Below are positions 38,060 to 49,331 of a DNA stretch of 64,000 bases, piece by piece. Source of the stretch: a virus; the IMG/VR virus record IMGVR_UViG_3300044816_000098, positions 90,157 through 154,156 of that record. One strand, given 5' to 3'. The notes beneath the pieces were generated by a model. The model was not told the origin of the DNA and did not search any database. It saw only the letters and a program-made list of their open reading frames with translations. Within the stretch, counting starts at the first letter, position 1. Each line of letters starts with the position of its first letter. The translations under genes and the position numbers were made by a program.

Positions 38060-40591
38060 ATGGCGATCAACCCTGACGACGGCGTAGACGGCAACCTAGA
38101 CATCGGCCGTCTCTTCCAGCTCTTCATCCGGGGCCAGGAGAACACCAACCGGGTCCTGGCGGACCTGAACCAGACCGCACAGCGCCAGCTCCACATGGCC
38201 CAGCAGTTCAACGTCCGGCCGGGGCAGAACCAGCAGGCGGCCAACGCCCGGCAGACCATGGCTGGGGGAGGACCCGGCGCCGGTCCGAACGCCGGACAGA
38301 CCACGGTCTACACGATCACCAGCATGGGCGGCGGAGCCCCCTCGGGGCCGCCTCCCGGCCACAACCCGACCGCTGGCCAGACGAGCACTGGTGGAGCCCC
38401 TCCGGCCGCTCCTGCACCCCCTGCGGGCCCTCCTGCGGGTAACCCCGGCAACTGGCTCGGCAACCAGGTCCGGCAGGGGTCGACCTTTCCCACGACATCC
38501 GCCACGGCGGGCTACACCCTGAGCACGCTGCGGAACGACACCATCAACCAGCTCGGCCGCTCCCTCAACAACTCCTTCTGGCAGGGCTGGTCCCGCACCA
38601 ACGGCAACGGTGGGGGTGGCGGAGGAGGCAATGGAGGAGGGGGTTCCGGCGGTGGAGGAGGCGGCGGCGGCTACAACGGCCAGCAGCCTCCCGCACGTCC
38701 TCCGGGCGGTGCCGGTCGCGCGATCCCTCCGCAGGGCCCTGGCGGGGGCTTCTGGCCGGGCGGATACACCCCGGCCTCGCCGTACGGTCCCTATGGCCCG
38801 TACGGACCGTACGGAGCCTCCGGCGGTAGTGGCGGTAGTGGCGGCGGGGGAGGATCGCCCACCAACCCCTCGTCGGTCGACGACGGTCACATGTACGGGA
38901 TGAGTTCCGGCGTCGGCAAGTGGATGCGCAAGTGGATCCCCGGCGTCGACATGGCCGACAAGGTCGGCGGCGAGATCCGGTCCCAGCGGAACAAGAACGA
39001 GTACTACCAAAACATCGAGGGCGGCGCGAACTTCGACGCCTTCGCGGAGCGCGGGCACGAGGAGGCATACGCCTTCTCGACCAACGGCGTGTTCTCCTCC
39101 GGGGAGGCCCGGCAGGCGTTCAAGGGCGTCACCCGCCTGGGCTACAACGGGAAGGTCGGCCAGGAGTTCAGCCAGCAGGGCGGACGCCAGGCCGCGCTGA
39201 ACTTCGCGTACCACGGCAAGACCTCGTACGGCGCGTCCGTCAACGAGTCCCTCCAGCAGCTCGAAGTGGCCTCGAAGAACTCCACGATCAACCTCCGGGA
39301 GTTCCAGCAGGCCCTGAAGGACATCAGCGACACGGCGGGGGAGGCCGGGGTCAACGCGCAGATGGCCCGTGGGCAGCTCACCTCGCTCATGCAGAGCGCC
39401 ATGGGTGCCGGGTACGGCGCCGGTTCGGTGTCGACGGCCTCGAACATCCAGCAGGGTCAGACCTCGCTGGGCCGGAGCTACCAGAACATCGACCTGTCCG
39501 GCCAGATGAGCCAGAAGTTCACCTACATGGCCGCCTCGAACTCGGGGATGACCTACAACCAGTACGTCGCCCAGCAGTCAAAGAGCCCGATCGGTGCCGC
39601 ACAGGGCCGTGCCGGGCAGAACCTCCAGGCCCTGAGTCAGATCTTCTCCGCCGCAGAGACGAAGTGGATCAAGGACAAGGCTCAGTCCATGGGCGGCAAG
39701 CTCGACCCGAACTCGGCACTGACGATCGTGCCGGACTTCGAGCAGGCGTTCCCGGACCACAACGTCCAGGTCATCACCCAGCAGCTCGCGGCCTTCGGCA
39801 TCGTGCAGTCCTCCGACCCCACCACGGCACTCGGGTACGCCTTCAACCTGATCGCGGGCAACAACGGTGACCTGGCCAGTGCGGAGAGGAACACCGCAGC
39901 GACCCAGACCATGACGGCGGACGCGGCCAAGGGCCAGGAGGGCACCAACAGCGACCTGATCAAGGGCTTCTCGACCGGCAAGCACGAGCAGACCGTGGCC
40001 AACGCGGCGGCCGGTGTCGCGGTGGAGACCCTGACCTTCGGGATGGCCGGTGGGGACATCGGCAAGAAGAGCGACAACGGCGCCCTGAAGGCGTACAAGG
40101 ACCAGGTCAGCGGCACCAACACGCGTAACCCGGTCATCGAGTCCCTGCTCCAGAAGGTCGGCGACCCGGACAAGGCCAAGGTCACCGTCCACACCAAGGA
40201 CGGTCAGCGGGTCATGTCCCTCGCGGATGCCATCCGCAGTCACCCCACCGAGCTGAGCAGCGGTCAGGTCCAGTTCGTCGAAGGCGGCGACAAGGACCGG
40301 TCCGTCGGGGACATCGTCGGACAGGGCCATACGAACTCCTCCGCCAACTGGACGGACGAGGCGTCCAAGGAGGATAAGCAGGGCCAATCCCTGGCCGACT
40401 GGCAGAAGGAGAACGGCACCTCTGACCTGTTCGGCAACGGCAACCAGACCGGTTCGAACGGTAAGGTGATCGTCGATCTCTCCGATGCGGCCAAGCAGCT
40501 CCTGAAGGTCTCCTCGGCCACCGGGATCGCCGGTGCGAACGGAGAGGGTGCCCCGCCCGTCAACTCGTACTCGTGGAACGCGAACAGGTAG
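38060..40591 (+). CDS. tape measure protein
   Basis: Long Ala/Gly/Gln-rich ORF after the chaperones. Confidence 0.75.
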   Translation: MAINPDDGVDGNLDIGRLFQLFIRGQENTNRVLADLNQTAQRQLHMAQQFNVRPGQNQQAANARQTMAGGGPGAGPNAGQTTVYTITSMGGGAPSGPPPGHNPTAGQTSTGGAPPAAPAPPAGPPAGNPGNWLGNQVRQGSTFPTTSATAGYTLSTLRNDTINQLGRSLNNSFWQGWSRTNGNGGGGGGGNGGGGSGGGGGGGGYNGQQPPARPPGGAGRAIPPQGPGGGFWPGGYTPASPYGPYGPYGPYGASGGSGGSGGGGGSPTNPSSVDDGHMYGMSSGVGKWMRKWIPGVDMADKVGGEIRSQRNKNEYYQNIEGGANFDAFAERGHEEAYAFSTNGVFSSGEARQAFKGVTRLGYNGKVGQEFSQQGGRQAALNFAYHGKTSYGASVNESLQQLEVASKNSTINLREFQQALKDISDTAGEAGVNAQMARGQLTSLMQSAMGAGYGAGSVSTASNIQQGQTSLGRSYQNIDLSGQMSQKFTYMAASNSGMTYNQYVAQQSKSPIGAAQGRAGQNLQALSQIFSAAETKWIKDKAQSMGGKLDPNSALTIVPDFEQAFPDHNVQVITQQLAAFGIVQSSDPTTALGYAFNLIAGNNGDLASAERNTAATQTMTADAAKGQEGTNSDLIKGFSTGKHEQTVANAAAGVAVETLTFGMAGGDIGKKSDNGALKAYKDQVSGTNTRNPVIESLLQKVGDPDKAKVTVHTKDGQRVMSLADAIRSHPTELSSGQVQFVEGGDKDRSVGDIVGQGHTNSSANWTDEASKEDKQGQSLADWQKENGTSDLFGNGNQTGSNGKVIVDLSDAAKQLLKVSSATGIAGANGEGAPPVNSYSWNANR

Positions 40592-40596
40592 GGCTT

Positions 40597-41304
40597 ATGG
40601 GACTCGCATCGCTGGGTTTCGCCACCGGCCCCTCCATGACGTTTCGGATCGACCCGACGTCCCTGGACTACAAGGTCGACGTCTTCACGCACGTGGACGA
40701 GACCGTGGGCGGCCGGGTCGTCCAGATCACCGGCAACGCGATCTCGGACATCTCCATGACCGGCTCGATCGGGGAGAACCACAACCTGGGCAAGGCGCCC
40801 CGGGGCGAAGCGGAACACCCCGGCGTCTCCTGGAAGCTCGCGGAGCAGTTCTTCAGCAAGATCCAGTCGATGATGCTGCACCAGTCGGCGGACACCACGG
40901 TGATCGGCAGCAAGTCCGTGCTCCGCCCGGCCACCTTCGTCTACTCGCCGCTGGGACTGCGCTTCCCCTGCTACATCAAGTCCATCACCGACCTCGATGG
41001 GGACGGTCAGGCCGGGGTGGTCCACAAGGTGGCACGGGCGAATTACCGCTACTCGCTGAACCTCTTCCCCGTCCTGGACGGAACCACCGGTCTCCAACTT
41101 GCGGGACAGAATGCGAATGGCGTGCTGGACCGCGCCAGGGCCGCTGCGGTGGACGCGTATATCGGACGTATATCCCAGGGCATCGGATGGCGATTCACCG
41201 CGTACAACGGCGGATCCACTCCCGGCGCTCCGTGGGAATCCGACTTCGCCAAGAAGAACTCGGACGCGGTCCCGAATTCGACCCTGAAGAATCGGAAGGA
41301 GTGA
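40597..41304 (+). CDS. putative tail tube initiator/baseplate protein
   Basis: Synteny after the tape measure gene. Confidence 0.55.
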   Translation: MGLASLGFATGPSMTFRIDPTSLDYKVDVFTHVDETVGGRVVQITGNAISDISMTGSIGENHNLGKAPRGEAEHPGVSWKLAEQFFSKIQSMMLHQSADTTVIGSKSVLRPATFVYSPLGLRFPCYIKSITDLDGDGQAGVVHKVARANYRYSLNLFPVLDGTTGLQLAGQNANGVLDRARAAAVDAYIGRISQGIGWRFTAYNGGSTPGAPWESDFAKKNSDAVPNSTLKNRKE

Positions 41305-41306
41305 CT

Positions 41307-41552
41307 ATGCCGGATCCAGTTCACTGGGGTGCCGACGTACCCATCTCCATGCCGGAGCCGCTCGCGGAGTCCAACCCCGGGGTCGTCTCCATGGACGGGT
41401 TCACCTTCACCTTCAACGGCCTCTTCCACGACCTGTCCCAGGAGGACTGGGCCGTGCGCTCTGTGCCGTCCTTCGCCCCGCTCTCCCCGGCCATGCCGAA
41501 GACCTCCTACGACACCGGGCTGGACGGTCCGAAGGGGAGCGAGGACGCATGA
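41307..41552 (+). CDS. small hypothetical protein
   Basis: AAGGAG RBS; ATGA overlap. Confidence 0.6.
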   Translation: MPDPVHWGADVPISMPEPLAESNPGVVSMDGFTFTFNGLFHDLSQEDWAVRSVPSFAPLSPAMPKTSYDTGLDGPKGSEDA

Positions 41553-42241
41553 GCCGTCAGGGACTGAACGGGAACCTCTCGTACGTGGTGTCTGGCCGCC
41601 GGTACGAGTACCTCGTGCGTGTGGGGCAGCTCGACCACGGCTCGCGCATGGTGGCCGACGAGGCGACCTCGCGTACGCGGCGGGCCTACTACCCGCACCG
41701 GCTCTCCGCCGCCCCGTTCACCCTGACGATCGTCCTCAAGGGCTACAACGAGCGCGTCCTGTTCTCGAACTTCCTCAACGACTACGTCTCGCGCGCACTG
41801 AACCCTGCTTTGGCGGGGAGCTTCCCCCAAATGACCGTCATGGTCCCAGTGCGCAACTTCTTGCGCACCGGGGTGCCGATGACCGGCATCGAGTGGGGGA
41901 CGAAGGTCGGCGCCATCGTGTGGCAGCCGAAGGTGAAATTCGAGACGACGTATGACAAGAGCATCGGCGACGCGACCAACCCCGGGCGGTCGCAGTTCGT
42001 CCTGAGCCCCAGCGCGACCAACCGCGCACCGGAGCTGAAGTACTTCTACCCCTCGGGGGTGCAGCTCTCCGGAGACCAGGTCCCGCCCTCCGGCGACTAC
42101 ACCAAGCAGGTCGGACCGCAGGACATCGCCGACATCATCAGCGGCGGTACCCCTGGAGGATCTAATGCCGGGGACAACGGCTGGGGAGGCATTCCGTACG
42201 CTCCGGGCCAGCCCGGGGTCAAGAGCCCGTTCTTCCAATGA
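41549..42241 (+). CDS. putative baseplate protein
   Basis: Synteny. Confidence 0.55.
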   Translation: MSRQGLNGNLSYVVSGRRYEYLVRVGQLDHGSRMVADEATSRTRRAYYPHRLSAAPFTLTIVLKGYNERVLFSNFLNDYVSRALNPALAGSFPQMTVMVPVRNFLRTGVPMTGIEWGTKVGAIVWQPKVKFETTYDKSIGDATNPGRSQFVLSPSATNRAPELKYFYPSGVQLSGDQVPPSGDYTKQVGPQDIADIISGGTPGGSNAGDNGWGGIPYAPGQPGVKSPFFQ

Positions 42242-42250
42242 GGAGTACTC

Positions 42251-44857
42251 GTGGGTAGCTTCATCTACACCCCGCAGATCCGGGTGCTCGTCGAGGCAGG
42301 CGGCAACTACTACCGCAAGGACACCTCGCCGCGTACGTACGACGTGTCTGCCGACCTGGTGTCCGGCACGATGAACCGCAGGGTGGACGGGGTCTCGGAC
42401 TTCAACTTCACCCTGCTCAATCCCCGGCGTAAGTACGACCAGATCTTCACCCCGAACGACCGCATCACGGTCCTGATGAAGCGGGTCGAATGGGTCCGCG
42501 TCTTCACGGGCTACCTGAACAAGGTGCCCCTGATGACCGCCTGGCCGCGCAACGTCTCCCTGACGGCCTCCTGCTCCCTCAAGCGGCTCCAGTACTGGTA
42601 CTGGGACCCGGAGTCGGCCTACACCCAGCAGATGATCATGAACGCCCTGAGCGCTGCGCGGGGGAGTGGTGTCAACACCGACGGTGGAATGACCAACGTC
42701 GTCCTGTCGGTGCTGAACAACGTCGTGGGGTGGCCGAACTCCAAGGTCCACATCGCCAAGATCCCGGACGACTGGTTCGCCGTTGCGCAGAAGATCGCCG
42801 CTGCGGTGGAGAAGGGTGCACTGGAATCCGATGCTCTGGCGAAGCAGTTCTTCCAGAGCCTGGGCAGTTCCGGTGTGATCGGGGGCACACAGGGAGACTC
42901 CACCGCCGGGACGGGGAACGTTGGCGGAACCCTCGGCACTGCGCAGATCGGGGAGTTCGGCACCGTCGCACTGCGCAATGCCGAGAAGATCTTTGCGCAG
43001 GGCTCGTCCATGAGCGCAACGACCTCGGACCAGATCGTCGCGCTCATGACCGCCATGCAGGAGACCCACCTCGGAGAGGACCCCCGGACCAACATCCCCA
43101 ACGAGTACGACGCGGTGGGGGTCTTCCAGCAGCGGTACAAGCTCTCCGAGTGGGGCGGCTCGCTCCAGAGCTGCCTGGACGTCCAGCAGTCGGCGAAGCG
43201 GTTCTTCGAGCACCTGTTCAAGATGATTCCGAGCCGCGCCACGATGGCCAAGGGACAGCAGGCCAACACCGTCCAGCGCGCCGGTGCGGATCAGACGGTC
43301 AACTTCCAGAAGTGGGAGGGGGCCGCCACCACCCTGGTCAACAAGATCCAGGGCAAGACCGCCAGCACCACGGCGGACACCGCCAACACGGGTAAGGCGC
43401 CGGGCTCGACCACCTCGGTGGGCAACGCGACGAATCTCCAGATGATCCAGGGCGCCAAGGACTTCGTAGCGAGCTACCCGAGCATTCCGTACACCCAGAA
43501 GTACGGCGGCACCCAGATGGCCGTCCTGGCGGCGACCCCTCCGCCGGGGCTCGACTGTTCCTCGTTCGTCCAGGCCGTGGTCCTGCGGGTCCTGGGCGGC
43601 CTCTACGACTTCCAGCACGCCCGCGTGGTCTCCGAGCAGCGCACCGTCTGTCGGATCATCGACGTGGCCACCGCGCTGAAGACCCCCGGTGCACTGTTGT
43701 TCAACGGCAACGAACACGTCGAGATGTCCATCGGGGACGGCAAGCACTCGGTGGGGGCCCACCACACCGGGACCGTGGCCTCCGTGCAGGGCACGTCGGC
43801 CTCGTACTGGACCGACGGCGGCCTGATCCCGAGGGTCAGCTACGGCCCCCTGGGGACCGGAGACGGCACGGCGACCGGCGGGACCACCGATGGCACCGGA
43901 GCGACCGGAGCGGCCACCAAGCGGGTCTACAACGATGCCTACAGCTCCATGCCGGGCTACAACCCGAACGACCCCTTCGACCGGCTTTTCGGGGACACCG
44001 TCTGGCAGCCCCTGGTGTCCCAGGAGACCAGCGAGGCGTATGCCCTCTCGCAGTCCCTGACCGGCATCAAGTCCCTGCTCAACGATCAGCCCCTCCTGCC
44101 GTACCTGAAGAACCTCTTCTCGGCCACGATGCGCTCGTTCTCCTCGGCCCCCAACGGCGACCTGATCGCCTGGTTCCCGGACTACTACGGCCTGTGGGGC
44201 ACGGCGGCGAAGATGGTCGTCCAGCCGATCGAGGTCAAGGACTTCTCGGTGGACTGGGACGACTCGTACTTCGTGACCCATCAGTTCACTGCCACCACTC
44301 CCTCCGGTGGCGCCGGGCAGAACGGCCTGGACCTGTCCACCGGCCAGGTCTCCCCGCTGGTCTCCTCGGTGACCGACCCCCTGGTGATCGCGCAGAACCT
44401 CGCCTACACGCGCGGCATCGCCTCGATCGACATTCCGGCCATGATGTACGCGATGTTCAAGGTCAGCGCGACCGATGCCCAGGCGAAGTCCTTTGCTGCG
44501 TGGATCTATAAGCGATTCGGTGCCCGACCGGACTTCCAGCAACTCCCGAACCTCGTCGGCCCCAGCGCTGAATTCTTCGCCTCGATCTACTTCTTCATGC
44601 GCCAGTGGGCCTACCAATACAACGCCGATATCCCGCTGACCTTCATGCCGGAGCTGTATCCCGGAATGCTCATCCAGATCCCGGCATTCTCTTTCCAGGG
44701 CTATGTGAACTCAGTTACCCATTCCTTCCAGTTCGGCAAGGACGGATACTTCAGTACTCAGGTCAACATCTCTGCCCCGGCCCGGCTGAGCGAGTCGGGC
44801 AATGCCGCCGACGTGCTGATCGGTCTGCCGAGTGCGGGCGACTTCAAGGGAGCGTGA
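42251..44857 (+). CDS. baseplate hub with lysozyme-like and NlpC/P60 domains
   Basis: AMQET...GVFQQR...WG; LDCSSFV...HVEM; FMPELYPG hub C-terminus. Confidence 0.8.
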   Translation: MGSFIYTPQIRVLVEAGGNYYRKDTSPRTYDVSADLVSGTMNRRVDGVSDFNFTLLNPRRKYDQIFTPNDRITVLMKRVEWVRVFTGYLNKVPLMTAWPRNVSLTASCSLKRLQYWYWDPESAYTQQMIMNALSAARGSGVNTDGGMTNVVLSVLNNVVGWPNSKVHIAKIPDDWFAVAQKIAAAVEKGALESDALAKQFFQSLGSSGVIGGTQGDSTAGTGNVGGTLGTAQIGEFGTVALRNAEKIFAQGSSMSATTSDQIVALMTAMQETHLGEDPRTNIPNEYDAVGVFQQRYKLSEWGGSLQSCLDVQQSAKRFFEHLFKMIPSRATMAKGQQANTVQRAGADQTVNFQKWEGAATTLVNKIQGKTASTTADTANTGKAPGSTTSVGNATNLQMIQGAKDFVASYPSIPYTQKYGGTQMAVLAATPPPGLDCSSFVQAVVLRVLGGLYDFQHARVVSEQRTVCRIIDVATALKTPGALLFNGNEHVEMSIGDGKHSVGAHHTGTVASVQGTSASYWTDGGLIPRVSYGPLGTGDGTATGGTTDGTGATGAATKRVYNDAYSSMPGYNPNDPFDRLFGDTVWQPLVSQETSEAYALSQSLTGIKSLLNDQPLLPYLKNLFSATMRSFSSAPNGDLIAWFPDYYGLWGTAAKMVVQPIEVKDFSVDWDDSYFVTHQFTATTPSGGAGQNGLDLSTGQVSPLVSSVTDPLVIAQNLAYTRGIASIDIPAMMYAMFKVSATDAQAKSFAAWIYKRFGARPDFQQLPNLVGPSAEFFASIYFFMRQWAYQYNADIPLTFMPELYPGMLIQIPAFSFQGYVNSVTHSFQFGKDGYFSTQVNISAPARLSESGNAADVLIGLPSAGDFKGA

Positions 44858-44859
44858 CC

Positions 44860-45669
44860 ATGCGTCAGTCGGTGTTGGGCGAGCGAGTGGCCGGGGGCTC
44901 CTCCGGAGTGGGGTTCGGCTTCCGGATCGTCAAGATCATGGAAGTAGATGCGAGCACAAATATTTGCATCGCTAACGATGTCACGACCAACGAGAGCTTC
45001 CAGCTCGGTCTGAACAAGCGCGGGGACAGCGCGGTGTGGCCCCAGGTCGACGACGGGTGGCTGATCAACCGCCAGATGGGCCACTGGGCCCTGGCGAGCA
45101 AGATCACCGCCACCTCGCCACCGTCCTTCATCGGTAGCTGGAACCTGATGGACAACGACCTGCTCCGGTTGGTGAGCCTGCTCAACGAGAACGGGCTCAT
45201 CAAGGACGACACCACCGCGTCGACCCCGTTCACGGTCACCGGCTCCCGCGCCACGATGAACCCTGCCCTGGGGGTCATCATCGACATGCTGGTGGCCAAG
45301 GGGCTCCTTCAGGACAGCACCACGCCCGCGACGCTCCCGGTGGACGTCTGGCAGATCCCCACCCTCAACTCCCCGTGGGCGAACTTCAACGCGGTCACCT
45401 ACGAGTCGGCCCGCTACCGGATCCGCACGGACGGAGACGTCGAGATCGGGGGACTGGTCAAGACCACGGCTTCCGTCACCGGCACCGTCGTACTGTTCAC
45501 CCTGCCCTCCGCGTACTGGCCGCCCGTGATCATGGTGAACGCCTCCCTCAGTTCCGGGAACACGATCCGGCAACTGGAGGTCGCCGCCAACGGTGACGTC
45601 CGGTTCACCGGCGTGGCAGCAGGCACCGTCAGCTACGCCTCGATCCGTTACCGGTTCCCCCTCTCGTGA
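44860..45669 (+). CDS. putative baseplate spike protein
   Basis: WPQVDDGW OB-like motif; fiber-type C-terminus. Confidence 0.55.
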   Translation: MRQSVLGERVAGGSSGVGFGFRIVKIMEVDASTNICIANDVTTNESFQLGLNKRGDSAVWPQVDDGWLINRQMGHWALASKITATSPPSFIGSWNLMDNDLLRLVSLLNENGLIKDDTTASTPFTVTGSRATMNPALGVIIDMLVAKGLLQDSTTPATLPVDVWQIPTLNSPWANFNAVTYESARYRIRTDGDVEIGGLVKTTASVTGTVVLFTLPSAYWPPVIMVNASLSSGNTIRQLEVAANGDVRFTGVAAGTVSYASIRYRFPLS

Positions 45670-45702
45670 TGTCCGGCCTCCTTCGTCGCCTCTGAAGAGG
45701 TG
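45670..45702 (+). promoter_or_regulatory. putative late promoter TGTC-N20-GAAGAGGTG
   Basis: Motif copy. Confidence 0.7.
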
Positions 45703-45713
45703 AGGAGGTGGCG

Positions 45714-46142
45714 GTGAAGACACTCGCGCTGTCCGGCGGGGACCTGGTCCTGGGATCCGGCGGTTTGCAGATGATCACGGGCGCGGCCAAGATCCGTCAG
45801 GATGTGGCCCTCTCGCTGGTGGAGGAGTACGGCACCGACCCGTACCACGCGGAATGGGGATCCGTGCTGCCCCAGTACGTCGGCCGGGCGATCGAGGATG
45901 ACACCCCCCTCCTGGTCCAGGCCGAGGTGAACCGGGTTCTCCAGCAGTACATGGCGCTCCAGCAGGCCATGCTGAACTCGTCGGCCATCAACAACCGGAC
46001 TACTACCCTGACCACGTCGGACATCGTCCGGAGCGTGGACAAGATCGACGTCTCGATCCTCTTCGACACGGTGAAGGTGCTCATCACCCTCACCACCATG
46101 GCCGGGCAAACGCTGAGCATCAGCAGGACGGTGACGAGCTAG
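45714..46142 (+). CDS. gp25-like baseplate wedge/sheath initiator
   Basis: GTDPYHAEWGS motif. Confidence 0.75.
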   Translation: MKTLALSGGDLVLGSGGLQMITGAAKIRQDVALSLVEEYGTDPYHAEWGSVLPQYVGRAIEDDTPLLVQAEVNRVLQQYMALQQAMLNSSAINNRTTTLTTSDIVRSVDKIDVSILFDTVKVLITLTTMAGQTLSISRTVTS

Positions 46143-47971
46143 TGGCGACCACCCAGGCGGATATCGCCTCTCAGATGAAGGCCGCCCTGCTGGCCTCGAT
46201 CCCGGAGATGGACACCTCCGTCGGGACCCCGGCGGCCAAGATCCTGGACGCGGTGGCCGCCTCGATCGCCTCGGCGTACGTGGACAACCATCTGCTGACC
46301 TACACCTACGACATCGACAGCAAGACCGATGCCGACCTGGACGCGTTCTGCCAGCTCTTCGGCATCGCCCGGCTCCCGGCCAAGCGCGCCTCGGGAACGG
46401 TCACCTTCACCCGCGACGTCAGCGGCATCGGCTCGATCGTGTACATCCCGATCAACTGCCAGATCACCTCCACCTCGGAGGACCCGCAGGTGATCCAGAC
46501 GGTCACCGGCGCCGTGATGAACATCGGGGTCCTATCGGTCACCGTGCCTGTCCTGGCGGTCTCCGCCGGGCCCGGCGGCAACGTGGGCGCCAACCTGGTG
46601 AACAACCTCACCTCGCCGGTCTCCGGGGTCTCTGCGGTCACCAACCTGTCCGCCCTCAGCGGGGGCATGGACCAGGAGACGGACACCGCGCTGCGGGCCC
46701 GCTGGAAGGCCACCGTCTTCCGCAACCTGGCCGGTACCGAGTCGATGTACCTGGGCATCGCCCTGGACGACCCGGACTGCTTCGCGGCGAACGTCGTCAC
46801 CGCCACCAAGCAGGTCCGCGAGCAGATCCAGATCGCCAGTGGTGCGGCGACCAGCACGGTGAACGACGCGAAGTACGTCTTCGGCACCCCGGTGGCCCTG
46901 GGGACCGACATCGACAACGGCGTGGTCTTCATCGGCAACCACGACTACACGTTCAACCCCACGGTGCCGCCGACCATCACCGTGAACAACGCGCTGGCCA
47001 TCCCGGACGGCACCATCGCCGACCTGATGTACCAGTACACGCCGGTCATGTGCCGGGCAGACCCGTCCACCGGGATCATCAACCGCATCGACCTGTGGTG
47101 CGGCGGTACCCGGGCGGTCTCCGCCCAGCAATCGGTGGTCTTCAAGAACTCCAAGGTCTTCGCCGGATCGGGCACCTACAACCGGGTCAACTACGTCCGG
47201 CCGGACGGCACCAACCCGACGCTGACCAACATCTTCATTCCGCTGGCCTTCGGACCGATCATCACGGTCTCCTCCACGGTCACGATCGCGTCGACCACCT
47301 ACGGCCTGGCCACGGCGGCCAACCCCCTGGGCACGGTCACAGGAGGCATCACCTACGCCTATCAGATCGTCCACGAGAACACCGCGACCGGCTGGACCCC
47401 TCAGTCGCTGTTCGGGCTGGAGTGGGACGCCGCGCATGCTCCGGCGAACAACAGCGTCTTCACCATGGGCGCTGACGGGGCTTACGCCTACAACCAGGTG
47501 CCCACCTCGATCCAGCAGGCCATCGACTCCTGGCGGCTGGCCGGGACCGACGCCCGTGCCCATCAGGCCCAGATCGTGCGCCTGAAGTTCTCGCTGGCCG
47601 TGATGTACGACCGGACCGCCTACCCGGCACAGGTCAATCAGGCCATGGACGCGGCTCTGGCGGCCTGGCTCGGCTCCCTGGGCATCAACTCCGTGGTGCA
47701 GGTCTCGGACGTCCTCCAGGTGCTGCACAACGTCCCCGGGGTGGACAACGTCCGCTTCCTGAATGGAGCCGACTTCGTGGGCTTCACCGTGGGTACCGCG
47801 AACAGCTTCACCGTGGGCATTCAGCAGATCAGTTCGGCCGGGACCACGATCACCTCGTACGTGGACTCCACCGGCCGCCCGAAGGACATCCTCTTCACCG
47901 ACGCGCAGGCGCCGCAGTTCGGTTCGTCCGTTTACACCCAGAAAGCACAGAATAGTTTTGGCTCGTACTGA
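46142..47971 (+). CDS. baseplate J-like protein
   Basis: ASGTVTF...GGMDQETDTALRAR. Confidence 0.9.
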   Translation: MATTQADIASQMKAALLASIPEMDTSVGTPAAKILDAVAASIASAYVDNHLLTYTYDIDSKTDADLDAFCQLFGIARLPAKRASGTVTFTRDVSGIGSIVYIPINCQITSTSEDPQVIQTVTGAVMNIGVLSVTVPVLAVSAGPGGNVGANLVNNLTSPVSGVSAVTNLSALSGGMDQETDTALRARWKATVFRNLAGTESMYLGIALDDPDCFAANVVTATKQVREQIQIASGAATSTVNDAKYVFGTPVALGTDIDNGVVFIGNHDYTFNPTVPPTITVNNALAIPDGTIADLMYQYTPVMCRADPSTGIINRIDLWCGGTRAVSAQQSVVFKNSKVFAGSGTYNRVNYVRPDGTNPTLTNIFIPLAFGPIITVSSTVTIASTTYGLATAANPLGTVTGGITYAYQIVHENTATGWTPQSLFGLEWDAAHAPANNSVFTMGADGAYAYNQVPTSIQQAIDSWRLAGTDARAHQAQIVRLKFSLAVMYDRTAYPAQVNQAMDAALAAWLGSLGINSVVQVSDVLQVLHNVPGVDNVRFLNGADFVGFTVGTANSFTVGIQQISSAGTTITSYVDSTGRPKDILFTDAQAPQFGSSVYTQKAQNSFGSY

Positions 47972-47987
47972 TGGAGGTGGGTAACCG

Positions 47988-49331
47988 ATGACTACGCCTA
48001 TTTTCAACCAAAGTGTCAGCTTCTTCGACACCTCCACGGCCGACCCGAAGGGGATCCTGCCGCTCCAGGCCGACCCCGCCGGGGCCCAGGTCTCCGGTGT
48101 CGAGCGCGCCACCAACATGCTCATCCCGGACGCCCCCACGTCCCAGCAGCTCAAGAACTTCCCCGAAGAGCTGTATGACCTCCGTGACTCCACCACGCTG
48201 GTCCGGCTCATGAAGGTGCTGCTGGGGGATGCGGGCGCGGGACAGCTCCGCAAGCGCACCATGGTGACCCGCCTGGAGGGGTACCTCGCCGGGGCGAACT
48301 TCTTCGACCTGGACCGGTTCTACGGGGCGATCTTCGGGGCCCTGCGGAACCCCGCCGAGTCCCTGGACATCAACCCCATGGACGACGTGGCCACGCCGGA
48401 CGAGTGGGACGCTCTACTCTCCGCCGATGCCTCGTTCCGCGAGCGCATCTCCAACCTCGCCACGGCCATCAACATGGGTGGCACCATCCCGGGCCTCAAG
48501 AGGGCCGCTGAGGCCATCTGCCAGGCCGAGGTGGACATCTACGAGTCCTGGCAGCTCATGGACGCGTACTCGTCCTTCCTGAACGCCACGCCGAACACCT
48601 GGACCCAGGTGGAGGTGGCCCACCCGACGTGGAGCGCCTTCGACTCCACCGACACCTGGAACGCGGTGGAGGGGACCACCACGGTCGGCCGGACCGGGAC
48701 TCTGAGCCGGTCTGAGATCGTCGTCCGGCCGAAGAAGGAGTACGCGGCCAACCCGGACTCGCCCTACACGTTCCCGCTGGACGAGAACGCCTTGGTGCGG
48801 GTGCTCCAGCACCTGCGTCCGGCCGGGACGATTGTCACCATCGACCCCACCATGGGCAACCCCCACCGAGTCGCCCCGATCTCCGGGCTCCAGGCCGACA
48901 GCGAGTACTGGGAGGTCGTCCCGAAGGTCACCCCGAGCACTTCGCTCAACGACATCACGTCGATCTACCCCCTGTCGGTCAACCAGGCCACCAGCGGAGT
49001 GCATGTGGGGGACCAGCGGATCCTGGCCCGGCCGCCGTGGTCCACCTCGATGGGTCGCGGCTGGAGCTACAACACAATGGTCGCCGGGGCCAAGAGCTAC
49101 AGCTACCAGGCCCCCGACCCGACCGATGTACTGGACCCCCAGACCAGCACGCCTTCGGTGGCCACCGACGACCAGACGATCGTCTACCGGGACGGGACCT
49201 CGGTTCGGTACGCAGCCACCAAGGGCGTCATGAGCGCGCAGAGGGTGCTGTCCGGTCTCGCCGTCGCTGACGGGGTCCTGGTCGCCCACCCGTACACCGC
49301 CGACCGGAAGGCCGTCCTGTCCCATGACTAG
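47988..49331 (+). CDS. baseplate wedge protein (gpI-like)
   Basis: FRERI...GGTIPGL...LRPAGT motifs. Confidence 0.7.
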   Translation: MTTPIFNQSVSFFDTSTADPKGILPLQADPAGAQVSGVERATNMLIPDAPTSQQLKNFPEELYDLRDSTTLVRLMKVLLGDAGAGQLRKRTMVTRLEGYLAGANFFDLDRFYGAIFGALRNPAESLDINPMDDVATPDEWDALLSADASFRERISNLATAINMGGTIPGLKRAAEAICQAEVDIYESWQLMDAYSSFLNATPNTWTQVEVAHPTWSAFDSTDTWNAVEGTTTVGRTGTLSRSEIVVRPKKEYAANPDSPYTFPLDENALVRVLQHLRPAGTIVTIDPTMGNPHRVAPISGLQADSEYWEVVPKVTPSTSLNDITSIYPLSVNQATSGVHVGDQRILARPPWSTSMGRGWSYNTMVAGAKSYSYQAPDPTDVLDPQTSTPSVATDDQTIVYRDGTSVRYAATKGVMSAQRVLSGLAVADGVLVAHPYTADRKAVLSHD